Source: Catajapyx aquilonaris (lineage: Eukaryota). Taken from it: a stretch of DNA of 46,318 nt. Location: contig JYFJ02003112.1 of NCBI GenBank assembly GCA_000934665.2, positions 1 through 46,318 of the forward strand. Reading direction: 5' to 3'. Below the pieces are notes generated by a model. That model was not told where the DNA came from. It saw nothing but the letters and a program-made list of their open reading frames with translations, and searched no databases. The translations under genes and the position numbers were made by a program. Shown piece after piece: positions 12,541 to 26,238 of the stretch. Within the stretch, counting starts at the first letter, position 1, and every line of letters starts with the position of its first letter.

Positions 12541-13662
12541 CTTTACCGTCGGATGTCGCTTCGATGCCAAATTTTCGCAACCCCGGTGACTAGTTGTTTA
12601 TTGTTTTCTAACCTAACACACATAGCAGTACTCAGCCGCGCTATTCTCAGATGAGAATTTTGATGTCAAAGGCTCTGAAGTTTGGCTCGCCTTATTAATT
12701 AAATGTAAGCAAAAGCCTAGTTTGAAGTTTGCCTAATGAGATTTCATGTTTCATATTGCTGAATTTCTGCTTATATCAAGCATATGCACATATTCCCTCA
12801 AAAACACCCAAAAAAAGGCATTTGAAATGATCATCTTTAGTCACATCGACCACCCCAGACTCCACGTATATGTTCCAGATGCAATTTTCTCTGGACCAGG
12901 AGTTGTCGAAATTGCCGGCGAGACCCCAAGACACACGTGCAGGATTCGGGCGGTGATTAACTCGGTCATATTTACACCGCCATTTCATTCTCGCCTGGGA
13001 ATGAGGAAATGGCGAGCCAACCATGCCCACCGCAAATTGCTGCCCCCTTCCCCTTTACCCCCCCATGCCCCTATCCCTAAAGAGGCCTTGCAAGCGATTC
13101 GGATCGGGGGTTCTTTGCGGGGAGACGAGTTAGGTGTAGTAACAGAGGGGGGGCTAGAAGAGGGGGGGGATTAATAGTAAGGGGGGCCCGGGGAAGTGCA
13201 GTTTGGCGAGGTCACACCGACCAAACCGCGGCTTTTCGCTGGATATAGCTCCAGGCTAAATAAAAGGAAAGTGTAAGAGCAGACCTGAAGCTATATGTAG
13301 TTATTGGAGGAAAAGGAAATAGGTTTTTAAAAAATAAAAGGGGATGAAAAAAGTTGGGTGGGGATATTGCCGAACGGTGTTGACATTTTGGCGAGTTTGC
13401 TCCAAGATGGACGAGTTTTGAGGTTGTCAAAAGTTTTGGTCAGATTGAAGATACAGGTGAGGAAGGAAACTTTTTTTTTGAAAAGTGAAGCTCCAGGGGT
13501 TACTGGGCAGAAGTTCAGATTTTTTGTGCTTTATTATTCATATTTTTCCAGTGAATTCAACTGTTTCTGATAAGAGACGAAAGACTTTCCAAATGTGTTC
13601 TTTAAACACAATTTTCTAAATTATGTGATAATTTTCGAACAATGACAGAGCTGTGAAATAAT

Positions 13663-13970
13663 TCTATCGATAAAATTATCATAATCACTGCCAGTAATCT
13701 GTCTGTCTGTCTGTCTGTCCGCCTGGAACGCCAACCGTCATTTGCCATCTGTGGTCCGTCTCCTACACCTCTACCCTCTCCCGCCTGGAACGCCGGCCGT
13801 CATTTGCCTGCCATTTGTGGTCCGCCTCCTACACCTCCGAACCTCTCCCGTCCTTCCGACCCTGCCTTCCTTTAATTAAGATTCTTAATTACATGTAATT
13901 TTTTTTGCCTGTCCTTTTCAGCTTGCTTTCCATTCATTTCTTCCAGAGCAACGCCGGGTATCGCAGCTAG
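13663..13970 (+). mobile_element. Non-autonomous Helitron derivative
   Basis: 5' TC start, (TCTG)n near the 5' end, internal ~62-bp tandem duplication, 3' GC hairpin-like GCAACGCCGGG followed by terminal CTAG; no TSD. Confidence 0.7.
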
Positions 13971-14743
13971 CTTAATATATTCCTCAACTGCCAATCACCA
14001 TTAAAAAATCAGTACTATTACTTATTCCCACAGACCTCTGCTTAACCTGATGGTTAGTAAAACCTCCACAAAAAAGCTAATAGCTTTCAACCCCCAAAAA
14101 AGAGCTCATTCCCCTATTATTTATACCTTCCCTTCACATACACCCAAATCAACACCGTACAAATCAGTTCGACATGTTCCGCAACATTTTAAGCCCCTGA
14201 ATACAAGCGTGAGCAATCACATTTGTGATTAAAGCAAGTGCACCATTAAAATTAATAACACTTCCCGAAAGCAATACCTAATGGCACAGCCAAGGCGAAA
14301 CAATCACGTGTACCTTCTAAATGAAGTACCGCCCTTTTTCCAGCTGGTACCAAAAATTCGTCCGGAACGAGGCAAAATTACGGCGCAAATGGCTCCTGAT
14401 TATAGCCATTGTCCAAAATCATGTGCAGATAAGAGGACGCATTACGAGCCTCCCCCATAAACTCTGAATGGCGTAAATGGGGGATCGCCTTTTCTCCATG
14501 GGCCTTATAAATAAAGCATGAAATTCTGTATCGCTCATAGTCATTACGGCAAAGAAGCCATTCTAATAAAGCTTCCCCCCGGAAAAAGGCATGAAATAAA
14601 ATTATATGTACAGATCTCTTGGTCGATTAAGGCGAAACCTAGGTTCATTTACGTGCGCTAGATGGCAGCACACCCTAATGTCGGAGAGGAAATATCCGTA
14701 TTATTCAAATCGTTTGTAATAAAAAAATTGCAGAGTTACTGGG

Positions 14744-15320
14744 TGAAACATAATTTTCTGAAAAATAATGAAAATAATTTACTGAAAACAATAATTTTCT
14801 GAAAAATAATGAAAATAATTTACTGAAAACAATAATTTTCTGAAAAATAATGAAAATAATAATTTTCTGAAAAGTAATGAAAATAATTTACTGAAAACAA
14901 TAATTTTCTAAAAATAATGAAAATAAAAAATTTCTGAAAATAATGAAAATAATAATAATTTTCTGAAAAATAATGAAAATAAAATTTTTCTAAAAATAAT
15001 GAAAATAAAAATTTTCTGAAAATAATGAAAATAATAATAATTTTCTGAAAAATAATGAAAATAAAATTTTTCTGAAAATAATGAAAATAATAATAATTTT
15101 CTGAAAAATAATGAAAATAATTTACTGAAAACAATAATTTTCTAAAAATAATGAAAAGAATAATTTGATGAAAAATAATGAAAAGAATAATTTTATGAAA
15201 TATAATGAAAAGAATAATTTTATGAAAAATAATGAAAAGAATAGTTTTCTGAAAAATAATGAAAAGAATAATTTTCTGAAAACAATAATTTTCTGAAAAT
15301 AATGAAAATAATAATTTTCT
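14744..15320. repeat. AT-rich minisatellite (TGAAAAATAATGAAAATAATAATTTTC-like units)
   Basis: Tandem low-complexity array with higher-order variants. Confidence 0.95.
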
Positions 15321-16099
15321 CTCACTGATTTAAGGGATATGATAAACCTCTGAATAGATTTTCTACTAATTTGAATTGATACAATCACCTCCTGTGAGTG
15401 TCTGGAACGATTGAACAAATTCGCCTAAAAGCGTCACTCTTAGTCGCTTCCAAAAGCGGATAAACAGGTATTCATTTAGGTTGGGACATCCCCCAATTCC
15501 TTCGCCAAAATCGTTTCCGAAATGACTTCATAGTAGCTTCGCATCCCTCCTAATCCGACCTGATCCCGATCTTCCTTTACGACTGAAGAGAAACTACCAC
15601 AACTCTCGCAACTCGTAAACACTTTCGGGAAGTGGCAAGTAAAACGCTTGCCTCAGACATAATCCACAATTAAGGGGAACATGTGGTCTCATCCTGATGA
15701 AGGATATTCCGTTAATCTTCCTAACCTGAAGGTCGTTCCAATACAGGCCAAATATGGCCACTCATGTAATAAGACCACTCGAAATCTTACGGATTGCAGT
15801 GAGAGGATGTTATTGTAGTACAACTTTAACCCATCATCTTCTCACAATCCTATAGCCTCCAGTTATAAAACTTTGTGATAAAAAAAATTGGGCGTGACAG
15901 CAACCCTCGTGTCGTTAAAAATGATCCTGGGGCGCAAAAAGAGGCAATTCGAACATCAACAGTTTTAGCACCCTTTATCATCGCCCTTACGTCTTCTGTC
16001 TACACATGATGGGATATATGTCACAGCATCCGTCGGAGAAAGCAATAAATTCTAGAAGGCTATGAAAGTGTAAAAATGTTGTCAAGTACCGTCCACTCT

Positions 16100-16620
16100 T
16101 AATGGCTTCAGTTTTTAGGACAATAATAAAATGGGTGGACAGGTCAATGCGACAAATATTTAGTTGACATACCGGTACCTAGAAACCTCCAATATTCGCC
16201 TGCATGGAATAGTTGGGTACTACAAGTATATACCCAGATTAACATTTTGGAGGTTCCCCATTATTGCTCCACAACTATCCAGCAGATTCCTCCAAGTTCG
16301 TCGCATTACTGCTACTTTATTCAGTTTACTTGGCGGCAGGCAATTTAAACGCCCCCGCAATTTATTGGCGACTAAGCGATGGTGATCTGACGAAAAGCAG
16401 CAACTTGCTTATTATGTCTAGAGACGTTGGGTTCAATCCTGAGGCGTTGGACCGAAAAGCAAAAGCAGGAGAGGGAGGGGTCTAACGGCATTTGAAGCAC
16501 GCCCTGGCTGCAATTGCTGGATATTCTCTTAATTAAAGCGAATAACTTTGGAACGTAATTTGGGGATGGGTCGCGCTCAGAAATGGAGCTGGAGGCCACT
16601 TTGCCGCCTCCGTTTCGGAT
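16100..16620 (+). mobile_element. Decayed LINE APE-endonuclease fragment
   Basis: Motifs in order across frameshifts: IVGYYKYIP (~IxxxYRPP), AAGNLNAPAIYW (~AGDFNAPxIxW), LDILL (~LDLIL). Confidence 0.45.
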
Positions 16621-16949
16621 ACGAACACAAAGAGACAGGTATATGCCAGAATTGGGCTCAGGTTTCTGCAGAGTAATAAGCAGGAGCAGTACGTAGTTTC
16701 GCCAGGAGATAATAAGCAATAAGGCGCAATTATAGCACTGGCAGGAGAGGTAAAGCGACGTCAACTGAGACTCAAGAATCGCTTTTAAAACATTACTAGT
16801 TCCTCCTTCCAACCACCAGAGGCGCTGCTTCTCCCCATTCCGCAGGCGCAGAACGGAGGCCAATCGGAAGCCTCGGTCATACAACGAAGGATTTTAATAT
16901 TATAGATATATAGAAGATAGTTGCTTATTTGTAGGTGCACCCCTTTCTT

Positions 16950-17105
16950 GATCTGTAATATCTGAAAATTTTGCGCAATTTCGAAAATCTAGATTTTCGA
17001 TAAGCTTATATGGATTTTTTGATATGTTTATCAGTTTGTCAGTGTAAATTTTCGATATTATTAGATTTTTCGTATATTCATAAATTTTTCAGATCTTACA
17101 GATCA
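16950..17105. repeat. Inverted-repeat-bounded AT-rich element (MITE-like remnant)
   Basis: TGATCTGTAATATCTGAAAATTT ... AAATTTTTCAGATCTTACAGATCA. Confidence 0.55.
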
Positions 17106-18259
17106 GTATCGATTTTTGATATGCTTCTTACTGTTAGTGTAAATTTTAGATATTCTTAGTCTGTATCACCATTGGTATTAAAAGCGTCAATTGGACATCG
17201 AACAGACCTAATTACAACGTGTTAGAGTGATTTAAGCCCATAGTTTTAAGCTGTTATTGGTTGGGTCAACACTATTCATTAACAATATGGTTTGCCTACT
17301 ATTTGATTCGGATTACTTTAAGTAGTGGTAACCACCCACAATAATCTGACACCTCTCCAAAAAAACATTTGTGTAGTGTGGGTGACACCAGATATGGTGT
17401 CGATTCAGATTACACCGGATCATCCATACCATGTAGATAAACTGCCTTTTCATCTCGTTCCAAAATTCGCATATACCCAAACCAGACTATCGGTGTCCAA
17501 AATCGTCCAAATCTATAAGCCTTCAGCTTTTAGCCCCATTTTTTTCGTCCACCCTTCCTCTGACCGATTACGTGCCTATCCAAATAGATTTACACCGACT
17601 CCGGGAACATTCGCAAAAAAATAGCCGCGATTGTGCCTTCTGGCCGCCCTGGTCCCGGAATATATCATTTGCCCCGGTTAATAGAATTAGCGCTGGACTG
17701 GTCCAGATTATGTCAATATCAGGGATAAATATTTCTCCAGCTGACGGTTCCAAAATCTCCCTTTGCTTTGGTTGTGACGCACCAGCTGGTCCTAATCAGT
17801 CTGGTATGTCACGATTACGTGTTGCACATGGTAAAAGCAATACGGTTCCACCACTGTCAAAACACAAGTCGTTAATGTCCAATTTTACTTGAAGCAACAT
17901 ACGTCCAATAATTTCATTTAATCTTTCTACTAATAGGCTTAGAGTGTCCGTCAGATGTTTGTCCGACCTAATATCGCTATCTCTCGCACGTGAGGGTGCC
18001 AGTGTGCCATCTACTCGTCAAGAATAGTACCAAGTCAAGAATAAAGCTGTCTCGGACTTTTCGCCCCGGCCGTTTCGCCCCCGGCATATTGGCCCCCGTG
18101 ACATATTCGCCCCCGTGACATATTCGTCGTGGTGGTCGTGGTGGTGGGTACCGAATAAAGCCTATTAAGATATTTAAAAAATATTCCAAAATTGTAAAAC
18201 TCACAAAAAATTCTACCTTTTCCAGCAGCACACGTCCCTTCATCAAGTGCCAGTTTCCC

Positions 18260-19600
18260 TCTTCCTAGTCCTAAAAGACAATAACTAGCTAGAGCCCTGG
18301 GCCTGGATAAAGGTGAGGTGCCACATTTCCACCTCTTTTGGGCAGATCCGGCTGAAGGTAAGCCCGCAGTAAAGCAGGAGATGGCTCAAGATGGACCGTC
18401 CCCCATCTCACGACGTCTACTTGATTGAGGCTTTGGGACACATTCTCCCTCAAAATCTCCCACCTTTCCTCCGTCAAACAGCACCCTGGAGAGATGGGGC
18501 TCTACGATACCTTTCTAGGTTGCCCTACCAGGTTCATTCACCCTCTCGCCTAGGATAAAACAAAGGCGGTTTATGTCCACCTATAGTCTCATTCGTGTCG
18601 CTTCACATGAACAACGTACAGACATTTTTCTAGACGTTGTTCGGTACACCCACCTTTACTATAGATAGTCCCTTTAAATCTGAGTGACATAGGGTCTGAC
18701 CATGACATGCCTCTACTGACACGGACAACGTTCTGGTGTCAAGCCTCAAGAGCATTCCTCTGACATATTAATAGCCTCGGAGTTCCAGCCTGGACACCAA
18801 CCAAGTCTTTGTATAGTTTGAGCATGTTTGTAGAAGGGATTAGCCAATGTAATGCACGATTAGATCTGGTTGTTGCAGCTGTCCAATGCCTCTCTCACTA
18901 GACGGGTTCATTAATTTTCCAAGCTGACCGCTGCGAGTCTGACCACATGGAAGAGCCAAATTCCAGATATTTATTATTGCACTGAAGAATTTTCGGCTAA
19001 ATTCCTTGACTGGTTAAGTACACTATGCATTGCTGAGCTGGATCGACCAATTTTGCCTAGTAGCGCCCAATCAGCCATCTGGCGGCCACTAGGCTGACCA
19101 AGTTCACCGGGCAAGATGGATCGATCTGAAATTTATAAACGTCCTTCCCGGGCCTTTTCATCTCGGTGTTTATCGAGTTCATGAAGTTACGGGTAGAACG
19201 TGCAATTGACCCTCTCAGCAGGAAGCACTTTTGAAGCAGAAAATGAGGCCTGGCAGCAATACTTCTTGAAACATAAGTGCTGGCCAAAGTCGCCTGGGCT
19301 TAAATATCGGAAATCGTTTCCTATCCCCACGATACTGTAGTTCACGACCGAAATGGTAAACACATACGTGAGACTACAGCCCGAGACGCCAAGGGAAAAT
19401 CCGATATTGGTGCACTGAGGTAATGCAATTTCCTCGTCCCCTGACAAGCCGCCAGAGTCAAAATCCTTTCCCAACGCTGTGTAATTATAATTAAGCCTGT
19501 TAGGTAATTCCTTCATTTTTGCAATCTTATGTGACCACCTGCACCGTGAAATTAATGTTCGCGACAGCGTCCTTGCCAAACATGGTAAGAAGATTAACTT
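18260..19600 (-). mobile_element. Decayed LINE ORF2 (RT to C-terminal Zn-knuckle) relic
   Basis: Collinear degenerate motifs: KDFDS (~KAFDSV), GVSGCSL (~GVPQGCxLSP), KYLE (~KYLG), MLKLYKDLV..SRLE (~LYKSLVRSRLEY), SHLLLYC; many stops and frameshifts. Confidence 0.5.
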
Positions 19601-20714
19601 TGGTACTGGAGTGCACCAGACTCGCTTCCAATCAGGCCAACAAGATGTACCAACAACGTTTATGGAATAATGTTGAGTTTAGAGTCAAAAGAGGTCTGAA
19701 CTTTGCCTCAGTCAAAAATTATTTCATTACAGCCTCATAATGAGTTGACATTGTAATGAGGGTATTACATGAACATGGTTCAGGAAATTCAGTGCAAACT
19801 ATTCCATTTCCACCGTAATTTTTCGGTCATAAATTACATAATATTTAGTTTGCACCACACATGCCAAGTTTATTTAAATAATTATCAAGTTTTCATTTGC
19901 AATTTACGTTTCAAAGTTCAATTGGCCGCATAGGGATAACCTTCTACAGTATAGGCGTTAATTACCTCGCTAATCACTCAATGTAGATAAATTGTTTCTA
20001 ATGAATAAGTTGGAACGTTATTTTTATTAGAATGTATTTTACCGATTGTGTGTAAGGCTCTACAAATTCACATGCAAATTTTTTGCGGTGGTGTAATTAT
20101 AAATATGGATCACCGCACGTACGTCACTTGAACACAAAATGTTCGGCCCAAAAATTATATAAAGTATACACTTGAAAAGTAGCTTCTAGCGACAAAAATC
20201 GAGCCCAAAAACTGTCGCTAAATTTTAAAAATAGCTACATGTTGAGAATCTTTTATCCAAATTTATTGACACCGGAAATGTTTCAGATTTTAGAAAAATA
20301 GTAGGTCTATATTTGCATATATAAAATGGGACGACTTCGCGATGCATCCCAAAGCAGGTCACGTGAGGCATTTATCCTATTATTATGGGATAAATGCCTA
20401 AAAACGTATTATTTATATAATTTATATTAGATCAAAAAGTGAAGCCCAATTTTTAAATATCTGTCCGGCCTGTCCCCCAAGTAGTGCAAACCTGCCTTAA
20501 AATGGCCACAGCAGGTCCCACTCAAAATCTGCAGAAGCCCTAAAACCAGTAGTTTTTGTAGTAAAAGGTAATTAAATCTTTTTCTAGCCATTCTGGGTGT
20601 CAATGCTTCTACAAATGTTTTTAAAAAATCAACTCTCAGTCAAACCATATTTGAGTTATTATGACGGTGCATAGTATGTATGGGTAAGATTTTGGAGAAT
20701 CACCCATCACATAC

Positions 20715-20968
20715 AAAATTATTGGAAATTATTATAAAACTAGCTGCAGGGCTCATGCATAATCCGAGGTATAACTTTCCATTAAGAAATGCATACGGAT
20801 AACTTCATGAGGCATTTTTCCCACCACAAAGTTGTTTCCGTTTTACATAACCATGTAAATAAGTATAATGTATACTAATATTCCAAAATCCGAAAAAAGC
20901 CGAAATTTGAAACACGTAAGGTCGCAAGTAGAATTTCGCATAATGGATTCACAACGATGCCCAACCTG
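20715..20968. mobile_element. Pogo/Tigger-like MITE, right-end fragment
   Basis: AATATTCCAAAATCCGAAAAAAGCCGAAATTTGAAACAC...CAACCTG+TA; related to the end of 35811-36323. Confidence 0.5.
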
Positions 20969-21227
20969 TAATAAATGGCTTTCCGAATTTTAGACAGAAA
21001 AAAAACTCAAATTTTAATAGTGCGCTTCTCATTAAAGCTCTTGCTGAGTCTCACTCGAGCAAAATCAATTAAGGATATCAAACAAATTGGCCTCGAGAAC
21101 TACTCACGTGGCAGGCACGTTTATTATTGCAACCATGTTTTTAAAATAATGATTCCGAATATTTGTGTACATGTCTCGGTACAGATATTTGCATCTCTGA
21201 AATGGGCTGCTTTGGGATGAGATAAAT

Positions 21228-21285
21228 GCAGGGATGGAAAAAGAACCGCTTCCTCCCAAAGAAGCGGTTCTTTTTCCATCCCTGC
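21228..21285. repeat. Perfect hairpin, 25-bp arms and 8-nt loop, hAT-like CAGGGATGGAAA ends
   Basis: GCAGGGATGGAAAAAGAACCGCTTC-CTCCCAAA-GAAGCGGTTCTTTTTCCATCCCTGC; no 8-bp TSD. Confidence 0.85.
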
Positions 21286-22840
21286 TCAAAACTATTTTCA
21301 TTCTTGGCAGATGTTATGCATTAATCCTGTGGAGGTGTACATTTTATATAAAGCCCTATTATTATAAACGAAAGAGATTGTATGATAAGGTGTATAAAGG
21401 AGTTCCGAGACCAACAATACGGTTGATTGATATCTCTCCACAAGGCACCACGAAAACAAAACAAAAAAGGCATTTATGGTCGTGTGTTTGGACCTAAAGG
21501 TGTTCCGTGATGTCTCTGATCAGATTGTATTGTTATCGTCAGATTTTTAACAATTTTTCAATTACAATATTTTAACATGTCATTTTCAAACCGGTGTTCA
21601 TGTGAAACGGCGTAAACTGGAGAGGCGTCAAACGGGTACTACTGTACTAAATTAGTAGGTCATTATCACAACCAGTTTACCTTCGAAAATATCGAAAAAT
21701 TAGTTCGCAACGGAATTGGATAGTCCAGGTAAATACTATCGTTCCACATAAGCGCGATTTTAATTGTCTGCCAATTTATCATGTAAAATAAATGCGAAAT
21801 TTGCATGGATGTAACAAAATCACCCCGAGTATCTGAACCTGCCTTTAATAACTTCTGAAAACCAGTTTTGAAAGATAAATTAGATACTGTATTTAATAAG
21901 ACCGCTCTAGAATGGGATGAATGCCTTAACACGGTGTATCTGCGTACACTCTGACTAGAAAATGTTCATCAATAACCTGGAGGTAATTTTAAATATAAAT
22001 TTTAAAGAATAAAATTTTGTATACGGTTAGATACAGGTAATGATGCTAGTCATGTTAACTCACTGCCATGTAATATAACCTCCTTAGTTTGCAGACATAT
22101 CAGAATGTCACAAAGTGTCTCGTGAAACAAAGTAAATATGGATTTTAAGAATTACATTTTATTAGTAATGGACTTGAGGAAGCTATCCCGGCACTGTAAC
22201 AATATTTCAAGTGTCTGGCAGCACTAGTGTCAAATCACAATCATCGCAAACATATCAGAAGCATACCGGAAGATACTATGCCATCAATGTGCAATCCCTT
22301 GATGTTAATACCATTTGAGCTACAAAAGTCCTTCTACAGTGAAGCCTGTTTGGAGCAAACCAAAAGTACAGCAGAAGGTTGTCTAGCGCAAAAGATTTTG
22401 CACTCCCTGTAGCTAAGCCGGATTTCCAACATAATTTGTCGCGAATATACCCATAGACTCATAGAGGAACCCATCTAATGCAAAAATGGTGTGCATTTAA
22501 TTTCCCTCAATAGAAAATCTCTGTGAAAAGTGAAATTGATATGACATTATTTATTTTCATCTTTCTGCGTATTCTGATTATTAAGACCCAGTCAAGTATT
22601 ACAAACACTGTTGCAGTCCTGCATCAAGAAGATAATCTGAATAGATATCATAGAGCCAAAAGTAGTTGGTGTTAAAGCACTGCTACTCATACAACTACAC
22701 TTCATTATTTTTATTCTTAAACCATTTTGATTCACACACATTTCATTGACAGTTAACAAAACAAAACAGGCTGAGTTGATAACTCATTCACAAAAAATTC
22801 TTGAATACTTATGCTATTTCTGATACAATGACATGAAACC

Positions 22841-25261
22841 TTAGAGCTCAGTGTATCTACGAAGTACTCGATTCGTTTTGTCACTCAAAAGGTCTGCATT
22901 TCTTAGAACTCTATAATAAAAATGTATTATCTTCATGTAGTTTTCTATGGAAACCCTCTCATTAAAGCCATGGTACCGCCCAAGATCCACAGGTTTCGTC
23001 ACAAGTGCACAAGAACGGTACACATCATGGGTGAGATTCAGGTACCACTTTGTATCTGTGTTCCCAACAAGAATTCCTGAAAAGAAAAAACATAAATGAC
23101 ATTGTACTGTACAATGTTTCTACTGGTACCAGTATAACACTTTGTATACCTGGTGCAACCACAGCCTCTGGAAACACCTGATTGAAGCTGGACGCAACAA
23201 CTTTATAGCCAGAGGAATCCATCCTTGCAACTGGACTGGGTGGTATGTAACTCTTGACCTCCATCTGTACTCTTGGGTCGCCTATTACCCATCTGTTATG
23301 TTGCAGCACCTCCTCTAGTGACTGGGCAGGATGGACTCTGTGGTTCACAGTCGCAGTGGCCAATGATGGTACCACATTAACTTTTGTACCAGAATTGAAA
23401 ATAGTCACAGCTGTGGTGGTTCTGATAAAAACTGCACTGAGGGGATTACGACCCATAACGAATCCCACAAGGGGACGGAAGAGCCACATGTTGGCTAGGA
23501 CAAGTCGATATAGGAAGGGAGAATGTGGGGCTAGGTGATCCAACATGGCCTCAGAATCTCCAGCTTGTAGCATCGGTGGCTGAGGATTTGATTCCAAGCG
23601 TCCCACTGCAGTGGCTAATATTCCTAGAGCAGATTCCTTTTGGGGTATACTGGAATGACCTGGATTCAGCTCCACTTTGAGCTCCAATTCCACCCAACCT
23701 TTTTCACTTGTTCCAATCCTGTTCACATAAAGATAATGAAAAATGTAGCAAATGCGGCAAAACAGATTACCTGACTCGTCGAGATACTCTCCTATCAAAG
23801 AGACAATTGTTGAATAGTATTAACGGCAGGAATGGTAGTCAATGAATGGAAATGATTGACAAACAGAGAAAAGGCATTGATAAAGTCAGACATGAGAGTG
23901 TCAATAATTCTTACAGTGCCACAGGTTTATCCACCAGCTTAATGATACCATCAGTAACAGTAAATCCTTCATCCAAAATAAATTCCAGCTTGACTCCTCT
24001 CTCTTCTAGCAGATTCGCAATATGCCATGCTCCATCCATTCCTTTTACCTCCTCGTCATGGCCAAAAGCAACATACAAGGTGCGCCTGGGTTGCATCCCA
24101 GACTTCAGGTAATATTCTAGTGCCTCCATGATGCCCTTGGAGAATGACCTCAAATAGCATCAGTGCTTCAAGTGAGACTCTCAAAATCAGTTACCAAGAC
24201 AGCCTGTTTGTCATCCATGGAGCCCCGTCCATAGATGAACTTCCCATCAACGACTTCCCCACTAAAGGGAGGATGTTCCCACTTCTCAGGCTCTTCTGCA
24301 GGAACTACATCCAAGTGAGCCATCAACAAGTATGGCTTCATGGACAGATCACTGCCTTTGACTGTGTAAAGAAGGCTGTACTTGTTGACCACTTCTTGAG
24401 TTACAAAGGGGGAGCTAGCTATTATTGGAAAACCTGAAAATAATCCAGGGTTGTTACAAAATACATAGTTGCAGCATTTTAATTGTAGCCTCCACCTCAG
24501 ATTTGTCCTCGTTATTGCTTGGTACAGCCTGCGGTTCCCACAACAAATAACAATAAAAAATCCAGGCTTAAGGCTGCAACTGGCCTTATTAGTCTAAGGG
24601 CCTTAGTCCAGGCATCAGAGATTAATTATTAATCCTTGGGATAATTGGTTGTATACTTCTCACATGTTAGATACCGTATGTTACCGTGACAGTTTCCCAA
24701 TAGGCAAGTAAGCTCCACTACCCAAACTACATCCTTAGGGCCGGTTTCACCGAGCTCAGTATATGATAAAACCAGGGTATTTCTCAAAATCCCTATCTAT
24801 TTGTATGGATTTTCCTAAAGAAACCTGGTTTTATCATATACCAAGCTCGGTGAAACCGGCCCTTAATCCTGCTACATGCAGGCTAAGATTTTCATACAAC
24901 TCACTGTCCTCTAACAGGGTGTGCATCCTCAGTAAAGCATCGGTGTTAAATACTCCTGGTGCTGAGGACACTGTGGGGATGCGCACAGCTCTGACAAGCT
25001 TCTCAATCATTCTTTTCCGATCATCAGGTGAAGACAAATCTATTGTATCCGTCTCTTCTGAGGCAAAAGCAGGAAAAATCAGAGCTTCCTCCAAACTCAG
25101 TGCCTGCATCACAGTAATTACGGCCAACACAGCCACCAGGATGCCTGCAAGACTGCATGCTATCCTTGCACCTTGGGTGAAATATAAGGAGATTAGCATT
25201 CTCTCCATTAAAAATCGCAGTTTAACTCACCTTTCATAACGGGTACTGCCACTGCCTTCAT
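22841..25261 (-). CDS. PM20D1: PM20D1-like M20 metallopeptidase / N-fatty-acyl-amino acid synthase-hydrolase, copy B (520 aa)
   Basis: Exons 25261-25231, 25171-24905, 24433-24195, 24135-23915, 23718-23150, 23076-22841; all GT-AG and phase-compatible, 1563 nt. Motifs [40 protein letters not shown]; hydrophobic N-terminus. Confidence 0.93.
24738..24862. mobile_element. PIF/Harbinger-type MITE in intron 2 of PM20D1 copy B
   Basis: Almost fully palindromic (GGGCCGGTTTCACCGAGCT...AGCTCGGTGAAACCGGCCC) with 3-bp TTA TSD. Confidence 0.85.
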
Positions 25262-26238
25262 GACTGAATGGTTTTAATTGGCATACCCTGATTCGAGAGC
25301 AGATCTCAAGCACTGGAACATTGCCAGCAACCTGTGAGATACCCTCTCACAACTGCTTATCAAAGCATGATAAAAGCAGAGGTGTACTACATAAGCTTGA
25401 TCATGGTAGTGAAGTTCCTAGATTCATCAGGTGATCTGTGACATTTTAATAAAAAATTATATCTATCACGATACAGAGTTTGGCACATAATAGAAGAAGT
25501 TGTTCAACTCAAATGAATATTTATCATTCATTTTAATGTGCTGTTTATCAAGCTCTTCAACATATTGCAGTATTCATACCAAAATAATTTATTATTACAC
25601 AACTCACAAAATACTGTAATATGCAATATAGTCAATAATTATGTAATCAACAATTTGAAGTAATTTACATGCTAGCTAAATTGTACAATGAAACCTCTCT
25701 ATATCAGACACTCTGATCTGTACTGACTCGATTTCTGCACATATGAAAGAGAAAATAATGCATTAAAAATTCTGCAATGGGACCAAACAAAAGTTTTTGC
25801 TCTGTTCAGTGTCTGTTACAGACACGTTTCACTCCACATCCAATATAAACTAGGCTTACTGATCAGTTATCGATACACACAACAGTGCAAATTCTTATGC
25901 TCTAAAACAGCAGTTATGAACATATGTAAAGAGAGAAAAAGTATAATGAAACAACCACAAAGGAAAATTAGAAAATCAGTTTCCCATCAAATAATAATTG
26001 AACAAGATTCATGCACTGTACTAACACTATCCCGAGGTTATATTATAGTGTCTTTCCATCTGACCCCATCACAATACACAGGCCAACAACACAGACAGAA
26101 AGCAATAAAACAGTGACAAGGAGAAAGCCAAATGCCCACTACCTCATAGATGTGATAACATCATTGATTTACTGATTCAAAGGTGATAATGTGGCAGCTT
26201 CAAAATGTATAATTATGTATTGAGCAAATTGATAAATA

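Noticed and set aside
14820..15418. Hydrophobic F/I-rich ORFs
   Set aside because: Translation of an AT-rich minisatellite.
17325..17970. Several ~100-aa ORFs
   Set aside because: No recognisable motif; interrupted by stops; probably an old repeat.
23025..23798. Stand-alone 257-aa gene, likewise 27743-28618
   Set aside because: These are PM20D1 exon 5 plus read-through into flanking sequence; no independent coding evidence, unlike the Hook extension.
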